A stretch of DNA of 64,000 nucleotides from an uncultured Gemmatimonadales bacterium (GCA_963850905.1 CAWKMU010000003.1:1376001-1440000), one strand, 5' to 3'; positions 29,203-39,964 are shown, numbered from the stretch's first letter. Notes: generated by a model from the letters alone, not told the origin. Numbers and translations: made by a program.

Positions 29203-30351
29203 ATGCCCGACACTCTGCAGGCGCCGCCGGGGCCTGGGCCGGCGCCGGACTTCGAGGCGTTTTCCCACCATTGGCAAGACGAGGCGGACGCCGCGTTCCT
29301 GTATCGCGTGCTTGCGGCCGCTGAGGGGGACGCACACAAACGCGATGTCTACGCGCGACTCGCCGAGGTCGAGGACCGGCACGTCCAGATCTGGGCGAAG
29401 CTCCTGACCGACCACGGGCACGCCGTAGCGCGGCACCGACCCAGTACGCGCGCTCGGATACTCGCGAGGCTGGGACGGGTTCTCGGGCCGGGATTCTTGC
29501 TGCCCATGCTATTGTCCGAGGAAGGGCGGGAGGTCAAGGCCTACCTGGACATGCACCGCGCCACTGATCGCGACGTGGCGGGGAGCGGTGAGGCGTTGTT
29601 GCTCGCGCGCGAGAGCGCGGAACACGCAACGACACTCGCCGGGCTGTCTGGCGCTGGGGGTGAGCCGTGGCACCGCGCCGAATCGGGCGGCTTCCTGCGG
29701 AACGTCGTGTATGGTTTCAACGACGGCCTGACGGCGAACTTCGGCTTGGTTGCCGGCGTCATCGGTGCGTCCGCTACCACACAATACCGCGCAGTCGTCG
29801 TCGCTGGCGTCGCGGGGCTCATCGCCGATGCGTTGTCGATGGGCTCCAGTGGCTACTTAGCCGCCAAGAGCGAGCAGGAGGTGTACGCGCACGAAATCCA
29901 GATGGAGCGCGACGAGATCGCACTCATGCCGGAGGTCGAGCGCGACGAGTTGGCGCTGGTATACGAAGCCAAGGGGATGGAACGCGAGGCCGCGCATCAG
30001 CTGGCGACACAGGTGATGGCTGATCCCAAGCGCATGCTAGCTGAGCAGGTGCAAGAGGAGCTCAAGATCGGCGCTCCCGCCATGTCGCCGCTCCGCGAGG
30101 GGTGGGTCACGGGCCTCGCCACTGCGTGCGGCGCGATCATCCCCGTTTTCCCCTTCTTTTTCTGGAGCGGTGCGGTGGCCATCGTGGTCTCGTTCACGCT
30201 GGCCATGGCATCCCACTTCGTCGTCGGCGCGGCGCGCTCCATCTTCACCGGCCGTGGCAGCATTCGATCGGGAGTCGACATGTTCGTCGTAGGCCTCGGC
30301 GTCGCTGCCGTGGGGTATTTTGTGGGCGGCTGGGTAGCGCGGGCGCTGTAA
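29203..30351 (+). CDS. Ferritin/rubrerythrin-like domain fused to VIT1/CCC1 Fe/Mn transporter
   Basis: N-terminal ExxH motifs (EDRH, ESAEH); LRNVVYGFNDGL, ALSMG, EQE. Confidence 0.9.
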   Translation: MPDTLQAPPGPGPAPDFEAFSHHWQDEADAAFLYRVLAAAEGDAHKRDVYARLAEVEDRHVQIWAKLLTDHGHAVARHRPSTRARILARLGRVLGPGFLLPMLLSEEGREVKAYLDMHRATDRDVAGSGEALLLARESAEHATTLAGLSGAGGEPWHRAESGGFLRNVVYGFNDGLTANFGLVAGVIGASATTQYRAVVVAGVAGLIADALSMGSSGYLAAKSEQEVYAHEIQMERDEIALMPEVERDELALVYEAKGMEREAAHQLATQVMADPKRMLAEQVQEELKIGAPAMSPLREGWVTGLATACGAIIPVFPFFFWSGAVAIVVSFTLAMASHFVVGAARSIFTGRGSIRSGVDMFVVGLGVAAVGYFVGGWVARAL

Positions 30352-30353
30352 GG

Positions 30354-30597
30354 CCGGGTGACGGGTCAGGGGTCAGGGAACTGCAACGACAACCGCCGCG
30401 ACAATGGCAACAGCGGGCGGGCTAAAGCCCGCCCCTACATGTTGCTGCGGACGGCGGGGTCAAAGATTCGTCGACCTGCGCACGCGAATGCGGGCATGCC
30501 ATCCGGATCACGTGCGCTCGACGCCGACATGTAGGGGCGGCCTTCAGGCCGCCCATGTTGTTTGTGGCGCTTGTCGTTGGCAGTTCCCCGACCCCGC
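30354..30597. mobile_element. REPIN-like foldback element, copy B
   Basis: Inverted REP 30415-30438, REP 30531-30554, 92-nt spacer, GGGTCAG arms. Confidence 0.8.
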
Positions 30598-30600
30598 GCT

Positions 30601-30978
30601 CTACTCTTTGTTCTGCGCCTTGGTCTCGACCAGCATGCGGTCGAACATGGCCTGCTGGTTCAGATCGAGACGGGCCTTGATGCGACGATTGGCATCGTCG
30701 TCGATCGAGTCCAATTGCGAGCGCATGGGAAGGACGAGCGCTTGCACAGCGCGGTGTTTCGCGGCCAGGATCGTGTCGACGGCCGCCCGTTCCGCGTCGG
30801 ACAGGTCCAACTCATCGCCGAACCGGTGGATCATCGCCGCTCGATCACCCCACCGCGGGCACACGCGTTCGCGGGTGACGAGCCGGTCGGCGGTGAAGCC
30901 GAAAACGCCCCCAACGAGCGCCGCGCCGAGGAGGAACGCGAGCGCCGAGTTCTTGGTCGCGTCAATGTGATAGGACAT
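30601..30978 (-). CDS. Periplasmic helical protein (Spy/CpxP/heavy-metal-sensor-like)
   Basis: N-terminal TM, ELDLSDAERAAV and LDLNQQAMF (LTxxQ-like) repeats; start uncertain. Confidence 0.6.
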   Translation of the reverse strand: MSYHIDATKNSALAFLLGAALVGGVFGFTADRLVTRERVCPRWGDRAAMIHRFGDELDLSDAERAAVDTILAAKHRAVQALVLPMRSQLDSIDDDANRRIKARLDLNQQAMFDRMLVETKAQNKE

Positions 30979-31372
30979 ATCGCGCACTCGCCTCCCGTTC
31001 GGAGACGTTGATGAACCGCGAGTCGGCAAACACGGGAACGGCGTACTCCCGATCGAGCACGCTCTCGTAAGCTACACGTGCCTCGATGTTACGGCTCGTC
31101 CACGCCGCCACGCCTGCGGCGAGTGCCGCCGCGCACGCTGCGGCCAGCCCCGCTCGAGCCCATGCTCGAAATGCGGCTGGCCAACCACTCGACGACCAAG
31201 CGGGTATCGGCTGCACGCTGGCCATGATGCGCGCCTCGAGCCGATCCCAAAATGCCGGGTCCTGCGGCGCGGCATACACGTCGCGCAGAAGCCGGGACAC
31301 GAGCGCAGATGTCGGGGCCCGCCCGTTCGAGCGGCCGCGCAGATGCCCAGCGAAGTGTATGTGTCGCGACAT
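30962..31372 (-). CDS. Putative anti-sigma factor (single TM)
   Basis: Directly downstream of ECF sigma; FWDRLEARIM followed by an Ala-rich TM. Confidence 0.6.
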   Translation of the reverse strand: MSRHIHFAGHLRGRSNGRAPTSALVSRLLRDVYAAPQDPAFWDRLEARIMASVQPIPAWSSSGWPAAFRAWARAGLAAACAAALAAGVAAWTSRNIEARVAYESVLDREYAVPVFADSRFINVSEREASARYVLSH

Positions 31373-31382
31373 CAGCGCCTCC

Positions 31383-32048
31383 TCACGGGACTTCCCGCAG
31401 CGACCGCAGCCCGCGGCGCAGCGTGAGTCGAGCATGGAAGAGGTCAGACCGAGCAGTCCCTTCGGGAATGCCGAGGAGCCGCCCGATCTCGCCATGCCGA
31501 AACCCCTGTACGTCATGCAGCACGATGACCGCACGCTGCCGGTCCGACAACAATTTCAAAGCCTCGGCCAGCCGCGACCGCAAATCCAATGTCTCGGCCG
31601 GATCGAATGCGCCGGTCGTCAGATTCTCCGGAAGCGCGTCAGCCTCGCGCACACGCCGGCGCCGGGTGAGATCGAGTGCCGCGTTGGCGACGATACGGTG
31701 CAGCCACGCGCCAAATGGTTGGCCCGTCACAAAGCGGTCGAGCGCGCGAAACGCGTGGAGAAAGCCTTCCTGGACCGCGTCCTCAGCGTCCTCGTGAGTC
31801 GAGACGATCGCACGGGCGACGCCATACGCACGACGTTGATGCGCGCGCACGAGGGCGCCGAACGCATCACGCTCGCCATGCTGCGCGGCAGCGATCAGTC
31901 GCCGCTCCTCGGCTTGCGCCAATTGCTCGGCCGCGGCTCCTGCATCCGACGCAGGAACCTGCGCGACCTCGCCGCGCACCGCTCGTCCGCGAACCATCCG
32001 CGAACCGCTCTCAGGGGCCGGCCGAATGAGGGCCAAAGCAGGTGTCAT
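31383..32048 (-). CDS. ECF sigma-70 factor
   Basis: DAFGALV, DAEDAVQEGF, WLHRIVAN, EIGRLLGIPEGTARSDLFHAR. Confidence 0.92.
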   Translation of the reverse strand: MTPALALIRPAPESGSRMVRGRAVRGEVAQVPASDAGAAAEQLAQAEERRLIAAAQHGERDAFGALVRAHQRRAYGVARAIVSTHEDAEDAVQEGFLHAFRALDRFVTGQPFGAWLHRIVANAALDLTRRRRVREADALPENLTTGAFDPAETLDLRSRLAEALKLLSDRQRAVIVLHDVQGFRHGEIGRLLGIPEGTARSDLFHARLTLRRGLRSLREVP

Positions 32049-32074
32049 AGAACGCTGCAGTCTCCTACCCCGCG

Positions 32075-32100
32075 ATACGCGGCGCCACGCGGAAACGTTG
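32075..32100 (-). promoter_or_regulatory. Candidate ECF promoter CAAC-N17-CGTAT upstream of the sigma gene
   Basis: AAC/CGT elements with 17-nt spacer, followed by AGGAG RBS. Confidence 0.4.
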
Positions 32101-32134
32101 GCCGACCGGGGGTCGTCCCTGTCGTAGGTGAAAT

Positions 32135-35100
32135 ATGCGCTCTGACACGGCCTCCGGTACCTCCTCAAGCGGCGGCCGGCGCCGAGCAACTCCTGGGTTG
32201 GCAGCCAGAACCGGACTTCGTCCCCAACCGCCCTTCCGGGCGGTGCGTGGGAGCGCATTCGTCCGGGGGGCGCCACGGATCGCGGCGGTCGCCGGGTCCC
32301 TCGCTGCTGTCGCAATTCTAGCCACCTGTGAGGCGGCGACCGGCCCCCGGTCAGGACACGTCGTGCTCACCTACACTGGTGACACGACGCTGACCGCCGG
32401 TGTGCGAACGGCAGCGGCCGTCTCGGTTACGGTAGACGGGTCGCCGTACACGAGCGCCCACCTCGCGCTCCGCTCCTCTGACTCGACGGTTCTAGCCGTC
32501 GTGACCTCATCCTCCGGCACGGACACGCTGGTAGCGCGAGGCCTGGGCACTGCGACACTCACTATTCAACTCGTCAACTCCGTCCTCGCCGGCGCACCTC
32601 CGACGCTGACGAAGACCTTTTTTGTATCGCCGAAGAGCGTCCAGTTTGACCGCGGGTCCCAGCCCCTCGGCGCCTTCGGTGACACGATCACGGTGCCTGC
32701 GCACGCCTACGACATCCACAACGACGAGATCCCGAACGTCGCGTTCACCTGGACGAGCTCGGACACACTGTTCGCCAAGGTGACCAACAAGGGACGGCTC
32801 ACCGCGATCGGCAACGGCCCCGCCACCGTCAAGGCATCGGTCGCTGGAGATACGGCCACTCTCGCCGTCACCGTGCAGCAGGTTCCGGCCCACTTCGCGT
32901 TCACGCCGTCGCTGCCCGTAACCCTGACCGCGTTCGGAGCCGACACCAGTCTCGCGGCGGGAGCCGTCGACTCGCTTGGCAATACGATCAAAGGGACCGC
33001 GGCGTCGCCCACCTGGGGCCTCCAGAGCGTCGGCGTCATCACGATCGATCAATCGGGGAACGTGCAGGCGGTCGGCAATGGGAGCACCTACGTCTACGCC
33101 AGCCATCCTCCGGCCCGTGACAGCCTCGCGGTCTCGGTGACGCAGCGCGCGACGCGGATTGTGATGACAGCGCCGAACGGCCTCGCGATCCCCTCCGTTG
33201 GCGGGACGCTCGTCCTCAGCGTCACCGCCTACGATCGCAACAACAACCAAATCGCCAACGCGAACCCCACTCTCACGTCGCTCGACCCGACGGTCGCACA
33301 GGTGAACTCCCCGACCCGCACCGTCACTGGCCTGGCCCTTGGGCCTGCGCGGATCGTGGCGACACAGGATCTTGCGGCCGACACCGTCGTCGTGCAGGTC
33401 GCGAACATCCCCGTCAAGCTCTCGCTCTCTGTGGACACCGCCACGATGAACAGCATCGGGGATACGCTCAAAATCGGCGTGACCTTCACCAATGCGCTCG
33501 GCGGCGCCGTGACCGGGCTCACGCCGTTCTGGTTTTCGTCGGACACCACAATTCTCTCGGTCGCCACGCAGGATGGCCGCGTCGTCGCTGTCCGTCGGGG
33601 CACCGCCCGCGTGATCGCCACCTATGCGACGCTTTCCGACACCGCGTTGATCACCGTGACCAATGCGCCGGCTGTGATCAAGCTCCTGTCGCACAGCGAC
33701 ACCTTGCCATCACTCGGCGACACGCTCACGGCCAAAGCAACGATCCAGAACAGCCGTGGTGCTGCTTTGCCGCCCACCTCCGTCACCTGGTCCGTGGATA
33801 ACACTGCCATCGCGACCGTGTCGACCGGTGGCCTGCTAACCTCGCTGGCGGTGGGGCGCACGACCGTCCGGGCCACGAGCGGTATTCTCGCCGACTCTGC
33901 TGCCGTGTGGGTGACCAACAACCCCGCTCGGATCGTGCTCAACTCGGTGTTGGACACACTGACAGCGCGCGGGCAAATGCTCGCGTACACCGCGACGGTC
34001 ACGAACAGTGCAGGCCAGGTCATCACGGGCGACACGGTGACGTGGCAAAGCACGAACACCGGCGTGGCGACGGTCGCAGCCGGCGGACCACTCGTCGGTG
34101 TCGTCACGGCGCTCAGTCCAGGCACGACATCGATCGTCGCCCAGGCCGGCAAGGTGTCGGCCAGCGTCACGGTCGTCGTGCGCAATCCCACGCTGATCTA
34201 CGTCGACAACAGCACGCTCGACACCCTGCACTTCGGTACGCTCAAGCGGCCGTACCTGCACATCCAGGACGGGGTGAACGCTGCGGCACCGCAAGACACG
34301 GTCTTCGTGCGCGTCGGCGCCGGCCCGTACAGCGAGATGGTCGCGCTGAGCCGCGACATCATGTTGATGGGAGACCCGACGGCGTATCGCGCCAACAGCA
34401 ACGACCCGACGAAACTGCCGCTGCTGTCGCACGACACCGGCACCGCGGGCATCATTGCCAACACGTCGGCCCGGGTGTTCATCCGCACGCTGGCGATCCG
34501 CCACACGCTCGACGGCGCGGCGATCTACACGCACGGTGCGACGGTCGCTATCTCCAACGTCTACGTGAACCCCACTTCGGATCCCTTCAACTCCGGCCGG
34601 GGCATATACATCGATTCGACGAGCACGGCGAACGTCGACAGCTCGAAAGTGCAAACGATCAAGGGCTATGGCATCCTGCTCCACAACGTTGCCAACGGAT
34701 CCATCACGCGGTCGCAAGCCTACCTCGTGCACAACGCGCAGGATGGCACCAACTCGACGGGCATCGAGGTCGATTACGGCGCCAACAACCTCGTCTCGGG
34801 CAACGTCGTCCGCTGGACGTATGGGCCCGAAGTCCTGCTCGATAGCACCACATCGGTCGTGGCAACCGGGAACAACCTGGCGGGCGGTGGACAGCTGATG
34901 CGCGTGCTCGGCGTCTCTGGCGCGAGCCAGGTCACGAGCAACTCATTCAACACATTGGCCCAGAGCAACGATCTCAACCCGGGCAGCTCCGCTTCCGACG
35001 GCCGCTCCGGACTCGAGCTGAATACGTCGTCTGGTGTGCAGGTGGCAGGCAATACCATCAAAGGCGACACGGGAACCGTCGCACTCGTGGATGCGATCCG

Positions 35101-36229
35101 ACTGATCGGCACCCGCGGTGGCGGCTCCCCGACGGTCATTCAGAGCAATCCGATTGCGGGCGGGCGGTACGGCATCAGGTCCGAGAACTCGACGTGGACG
35201 CTGCAGCTCTCGCACGTGCACGGCGGCAGCATCGGCGTCGTGCTGTCGGCTGCGGACACGGCAAGTCTGGCATCCGACACATTGACGACCGCGGTGATCG
35301 GTTGTGTGCAGGCGACAGGAAACGGCATTCGCGTGGCGGTGAGCGGGGGCTGGTTCAGCCAGTGTGGGCCGACTGGTACGGCGGCGGTGTCGGTCAATGC
35401 CCCCGGCGCCGTGGTTGACGTGAACGGCAATGCGACGTTCACCGGCGCCAACCAACGCGCGGTCGCGGTCTCTGGCGCCCAGCACGCCTTCATCACCGGC
35501 AACACCATGGCAGGGGGTGCACCCGAGGGCACGGTCACCACAAGCGCACTCGTCGGCGTCGTTGATCTACAGGGAGACAGCGTCACGGCGGTCGGAAACG
35601 CGGTCACCGGCTATCCCAGCTATGCGGCGCTCTCGCTCGCGGGCTCGACGGTCCGGGCGGACAGCAACTTCCTGTCGAGGAACCGGGTCGGCATCGCGAT
35701 GGGCATTCTGACGGCGTTCGAGGCGATCACGAACGACATCTTCGATAACGACACGGCAGGCGTGGTGAACCAGCAGGCCGCCGGCGTGTCAATGCCGGCC
35801 AATTGGTGGGGGGATTCGTTGGGACCGCGTGGCGTTGGCGTCCAGATGGCCGTCGGCGACAGCGTCGTGGGCAACGTCTCATTTCAGCCGGTCAACTTCA
35901 TTCCCCTCAACGCCGGGTTCCGGGCGGCGCCGCCGCTGCGATCGATCCGCGGCAATGGACAATCGGGGACCCAAGGGACCACGCTCCCGCTGCCACTGGC
36001 GGTACGGGTGGTCGACCCGGCCGGGCGGCCGGTGGCTGGCGTTGCGATCACCTTCGAGGCGAGTGGCGGGGCGACGCTCAACGGCGGCGGCTCCACGAGT
36101 GTCCAGACCACGAACTCGAGCGGCCTCGCGGAAGTGGTGGTCACAGTCGGCGGACCGGGCACGTACACAGTCTCTGCGTCCGGCGCCGGCGAGGGTGGCG
36201 TGACGTTCACGGAGACCGCGACCCCCTAA
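32135..36229 (+). CDS. Large surface (lipo)protein: about 7 Ig-like (Big_2) repeats, right-handed beta-helix, C-terminal Big_1-like domain
   Basis: ILATC; repeated W.SS..A.V..G.V.A..G motifs; IYVD...GTLKRPYLHIQDGV; NWWG; TTNSSGLAEV. Confidence 0.85.
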   Translation: MRSDTASGTSSSGGRRRATPGLAARTGLRPQPPFRAVRGSAFVRGAPRIAAVAGSLAAVAILATCEAATGPRSGHVVLTYTGDTTLTAGVRTAAAVSVTVDGSPYTSAHLALRSSDSTVLAVVTSSSGTDTLVARGLGTATLTIQLVNSVLAGAPPTLTKTFFVSPKSVQFDRGSQPLGAFGDTITVPAHAYDIHNDEIPNVAFTWTSSDTLFAKVTNKGRLTAIGNGPATVKASVAGDTATLAVTVQQVPAHFAFTPSLPVTLTAFGADTSLAAGAVDSLGNTIKGTAASPTWGLQSVGVITIDQSGNVQAVGNGSTYVYASHPPARDSLAVSVTQRATRIVMTAPNGLAIPSVGGTLVLSVTAYDRNNNQIANANPTLTSLDPTVAQVNSPTRTVTGLALGPARIVATQDLAADTVVVQVANIPVKLSLSVDTATMNSIGDTLKIGVTFTNALGGAVTGLTPFWFSSDTTILSVATQDGRVVAVRRGTARVIATYATLSDTALITVTNAPAVIKLLSHSDTLPSLGDTLTAKATIQNSRGAALPPTSVTWSVDNTAIATVSTGGLLTSLAVGRTTVRATSGILADSAAVWVTNNPARIVLNSVLDTLTARGQMLAYTATVTNSAGQVITGDTVTWQSTNTGVATVAAGGPLVGVVTALSPGTTSIVAQAGKVSASVTVVVRNPTLIYVDNSTLDTLHFGTLKRPYLHIQDGVNAAAPQDTVFVRVGAGPYSEMVALSRDIMLMGDPTAYRANSNDPTKLPLLSHDTGTAGIIANTSARVFIRTLAIRHTLDGAAIYTHGATVAISNVYVNPTSDPFNSGRGIYIDSTSTANVDSSKVQTIKGYGILLHNVANGSITRSQAYLVHNAQDGTNSTGIEVDYGANNLVSGNVVRWTYGPEVLLDSTTSVVATGNNLAGGGQLMRVLGVSGASQVTSNSFNTLAQSNDLNPGSSASDGRSGLELNTSSGVQVAGNTIKGDTGTVALVDAIRLIGTRGGGSPTVIQSNPIAGGRYGIRSENSTWTLQLSHVHGGSIGVVLSAADTASLASDTLTTAVIGCVQATGNGIRVAVSGGWFSQCGPTGTAAVSVNAPGAVVDVNGNATFTGANQRAVAVSGAQHAFITGNTMAGGAPEGTVTTSALVGVVDLQGDSVTAVGNAVTGYPSYAALSLAGSTVRADSNFLSRNRVGIAMGILTAFEAITNDIFDNDTAGVVNQQAAGVSMPANWWGDSLGPRGVGVQMAVGDSVVGNVSFQPVNFIPLNAGFRAAPPLRSIRGNGQSGTQGTTLPLPLAVRVVDPAGRPVAGVAITFEASGGATLNGGGSTSVQTTNSSGLAEVVVTVGGPGTYTVSASGAGEGGVTFTETATP

Positions 36230-36362
36230 CCCCCGGTACCGATCACCCTGTCGCCGCCACGCTTCGCGTGGCTGCTCGTCTACAGTATGATGCTCCTGCG
36301 CACGGTCGCTGAGTTCCGAGCCTTCATTTTGCCGCCCGCCGCCCCCCGGCGCCCTCGCTGAC

Positions 36363-38256
36363 ATGGGCCGCAGGCGCAAACGCAGCGGGGGCGGGCCGCG
36401 CCGGACGCGCGAAGCGCGCGAATCGGCGGCGCTGAGCGTCAGCCAGCCATCGTCGCGTCCGTCGCCGCCTGATCCGCTGGGAGCGACCGTTGCGGCCGGA
36501 GTGCAATGCTCCCAGTGCCAGGCGACCAACACGCCTGACGCACGATACTGCGAGAAGTGCGGAACCGCATTGACGAACCCGGACGCGACGACGCTCGTGC
36601 TGGCTCCGCACGAGCTGGCCGACGCCCGAGTGACACCGCGAGTGTCGGCCGGCGCGCCCGACACCCAACGGTACAGCAGCGGAGGCGCACCACGATCGGC
36701 TGAGGTCCATGTCCTCACGCGTACCCTCTCAGGACAGGCGGGGGACGCCCTGCTGCAGCTGGTGCGTCGTGAGTTAGCCGAGGACTACGATGTCGAGCGG
36801 GAAATCGGGCGTGGCGGGATGGCCATCGTCTACCGCGGCGTCGAGCGCCAGCTGCGGCGAACGGTCGCGCTCAAGGTGCTGCCGCCCGAATTGTTGCTGG
36901 GTCCCGCCGTGATCGGTCGTTTCGAGCGCGAGGCGCAAATGGCTGCCGCGCTAGACCACCCCAGCATCATACCGATCTACCGGGTCGGACAGACGGCCTC
37001 GCTCGCCTACTTGGCGATGAAGTATGTCGAAGGGCGCGGGCTCGATCGAGTGATTGCCGAGCAGGGGGCACTGCCAATAGCGGTCGTGGTATCGGTGCTC
37101 CGAGCTGCAACCAGCGCGTTCGCCTACGCGCACGCGCATGGCATCGTCCACCGGGACGTCAAGGGCGGCAACATCCTGATCGACCGCGAGGGCCGCGTCA
37201 TTGTCACTGATTTTGGCGTAGCGCGCGCGATCGACAACGCGTCGATGACCACGACCGGGTCGGTGATCGGCACGCCCTATTTCATGAGCCCGGAGCAGTG
37301 TGCGGGGAAGGTGGCCGCGCCGCAGTCGGACCAGTACTCCCTCGGCGTCGTCGCGTTTCAGAATGCTGACGGGCGCGCTGCCCTTTCAAGCCGACACGCT
37401 CGCGGCGATCATGCACCACCACTTCTTCACACCGGCGCCAGATGTAACCAAGGCGCGCCAGGACATCCCGAGTGAGCTGACAGCGATCCTCACCCGCGTC
37501 TTGTCAAAGGATCCCGATCGCCGGTACGCAACGACGAACGACATGCTGGATGCCGTCGAGAGCATCCCCGTGAGCGAGGCCGATCGCGCGGCTGGAGAAG
37601 GGATGCTGCGGACGCTCGCGGGCGGGACGCCGCTGCCAGCGGTTCGAACGAGCGCGCTCCCCCCGCTCGAAGACACGATGGCGGTCGTCGCCGCGCACGA
37701 TGCGTTCCGCCGATCGAGCCAACGGAGACGGCGCGTGCGGCGAGTGAGCGGGGCGAGCGCGGTCGTGGTGGCATCGGTGCTCGGGCTGTGGCTGTGGCGG
37801 CGTCCGTTGTCAGTGGCGGCCACAGCGCCCGGTGGCACTTCACACGGGCCGGGGGGCGCCGAGCCGGCAAATGCGGCGCCACAAACGGTGTCGGTACCTG
37901 CGCCGGTGGTCACGCCGTCTGCGAACCCGTTTCCGCCTGGTGCGACGGCCGTGGTGCCCCAAGCACCGGCGCCAGTGCTGGTCCAGCCGTCGGCACTGCC
38001 GGAGTCCACCGCGCAACCGGCGGTCGACACTGCGACCGGGAAGCTGCGGGTGCGTGCGTTCCCTGGCGACGCGCTCATCATGATCGACAACGAGACGATC
38101 GGGCAGGGCGCGGTGCTGGACCACGACGTGCTCGCCGGCGAGCGGCACCTGCGGATCGTGGCACCGGGCTACGTCGACTTCGACACGACAATCGTCGTGA
38201 CGGCAGGCACGACCACTCGGTTGAGCGCCATCGAGCTGAAGGCAGTCGAGCCATGA
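36363..38256 (+). CDS. Membrane Ser/Thr protein kinase (zinc ribbon, kinase, TM, PEGA-like), +1 frameshift near 37362
   Basis: CSQC/CEKC; GRGGMA, VALK, HRDVKGGN, TDFG, GTPYFMSPEQ, SDQYSLG; continues as MLTGALPF, KDPDRRY in the next frame. Confidence 0.9.
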
Positions 38257-39311
38257 TGCGCCGCTGGCCGGTGCGAATCCTCGCGGCGTGTCTGATGATG
38301 CTGCCGCGCGCCGTCGCGGCGCAGAGCAACACCGATGAGATGCTCCACCGCGCGATCCGCTTATACGAAGACCTCCAGGTCGAACGCGCCCTCGCGATGT
38401 TTCGCGACGTGATCTCGCCGAGCTCACCGTTCGTCGTCTCGACGGCGCAACGAGTGATGGCGTACAAGTACCTCGGCGCGGCCCACGCGACGTTGGGCCA
38501 GCCGGATTCGGCGTCGGTGTATTTCCGCGCGGCCATCGAACGCGATCCATTCGTCGATCTGGACGGTCACGATTTTACTGCGCGCGAACGCGAGGTCTTT
38601 GCCGATGCCAAGCAGCGCACCTTCGCCGTCGCGGTTCGCCCCATCGCGCGAACGCGAATCGATCCGCGCACCGAGCACATGCTGTTCCAGACGTTGACGA
38701 CCCACGGCGCGTTGCTGCGAGCCGAGATACGCACATCCACTGGCGAGATCTCGCCGATTTTCGAATCGGACAACGACGGTGTGCGCGAAATCCCCTGGAA
38801 CGGTGTCCTCGCATCTGGTCGATTGGCTGCACCCGGCACGTACGAGCTCGTCGTCCGAGGGGACAGCCGATTGATTCCATCGCGGTCCGACTCGGCGCGG
38901 TTGTTCTTTACGATCGAGCACGACCGGCCGCCGCTGGAAGACACACTTCCGGAGCTCGAACCGAGTGACCTGTTGCCGGAGCATCGCCCCGCGTCGGCGG
39001 CGACCGTCGAACTGGCCAAGGGGGTCGGGGTAGGGGTCCTCGCGATCGCCATGCCGACGTTGCTGGGTCATGGCGAGTTTGCCAGCCCGAGCCGCGGCCT
39101 GGCGGCTACCGTCAGCGCGACCGGCATCGCGGTCGGCATCTTCGGGTTTCGTTGGCGCCACGAACACAACGAGCTGGCGGAGAACATCGCCGAGAATACC
39201 CGACGGCGCACGGCGCGCGCGGCGCGCAACGCGGAGATCAAGCAGGGCAATGAGGCCAAGCTCGCGCTGACGGCGCTCGTGATCAGTCCCGCAGCCGGGG
39301 TGGGGCCATGA
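38253..39311 (+). CDS. Secreted TPR protein with FlgD-like Ig domain and C-terminal hydrophobic hairpin
   Basis: Signal peptide; AYKYLGAAHATLG..FRAAIERDP; IPWNG..AAPGTYELVV; ATGA overlap with kinase. Confidence 0.7.
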   Translation: MMRRWPVRILAACLMMLPRAVAAQSNTDEMLHRAIRLYEDLQVERALAMFRDVISPSSPFVVSTAQRVMAYKYLGAAHATLGQPDSASVYFRAAIERDPFVDLDGHDFTAREREVFADAKQRTFAVAVRPIARTRIDPRTEHMLFQTLTTHGALLRAEIRTSTGEISPIFESDNDGVREIPWNGVLASGRLAAPGTYELVVRGDSRLIPSRSDSARLFFTIEHDRPPLEDTLPELEPSDLLPEHRPASAATVELAKGVGVGVLAIAMPTLLGHGEFASPSRGLAATVSATGIAVGIFGFRWRHEHNELAENIAENTRRRTARAARNAEIKQGNEAKLALTALVISPAAGVGP

Positions 39312-39964
39312 TCGCGCGTCCGCTGGTAGGTTGTGTGGCGTTACTCGCTCTTCCCCTCGCGGCAGTCCCCGTCGCCGCACAGATCACCGTCACCCCTTCG
39401 GTCTTCGTCGCCTACGTGCAGCACCAGGTCGACATTGGTTACGGCGACGAGCAAACCAGCGGGCCGGTGCTCGGCGCGACGGTTTCCGTGGCCCCGACTC
39501 GATGGACCGACGTCACGTTGTCCGGCTACACCGGGACGCTCAACGCCGACTCGGCGATCGTGGATTCGCGCCGGATGGCAGATCTCGAGCTCGGGGGGAG
39601 CATCTTTGCGACGTCCACGCTGGCGTTGCAGATCGGGTTGCGCGCGCAGAGCTATACGACGACACTGGCTCGGCAACGCTGGCTCTCGGTCAGTGTCGGC
39701 GGCGAGTACGGTCCTGAGATCTTTGATGGGGTCGCCCGCGCCGTCCTGCGGGCCGGCCTGATCCCCGTGGCGAACGTCAGCGGGCTACCAAGCCCCACGT
39801 TTGCCGTCCTGGCGAGCACCGGGTTTCAGGTGCTCCGTGGACCCCTCACCGGCGGGCTGTTCTTCTCGATCGAGCGCTACGACTTCCCGAGCAACAACGG
39901 CGCGCCGCGGGCGGAACAACTGGAGATGTTGACGGCCCAGGTGGGAGTGAGGTTTCCGAGATAA
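39308..39964 (+). CDS. Putative small outer-membrane beta-barrel
   Basis: Signal peptide, alternating beta-strand pattern, C-terminal QVGVRF; ATGA overlap. Confidence 0.6.
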   Translation: MIARPLVGCVALLALPLAAVPVAAQITVTPSVFVAYVQHQVDIGYGDEQTSGPVLGATVSVAPTRWTDVTLSGYTGTLNADSAIVDSRRMADLELGGSIFATSTLALQIGLRAQSYTTTLARQRWLSVSVGGEYGPEIFDGVARAVLRAGLIPVANVSGLPSPTFAVLASTGFQVLRGPLTGGLFFSIERYDFPSNNGAPRAEQLEMLTAQVGVRFPR

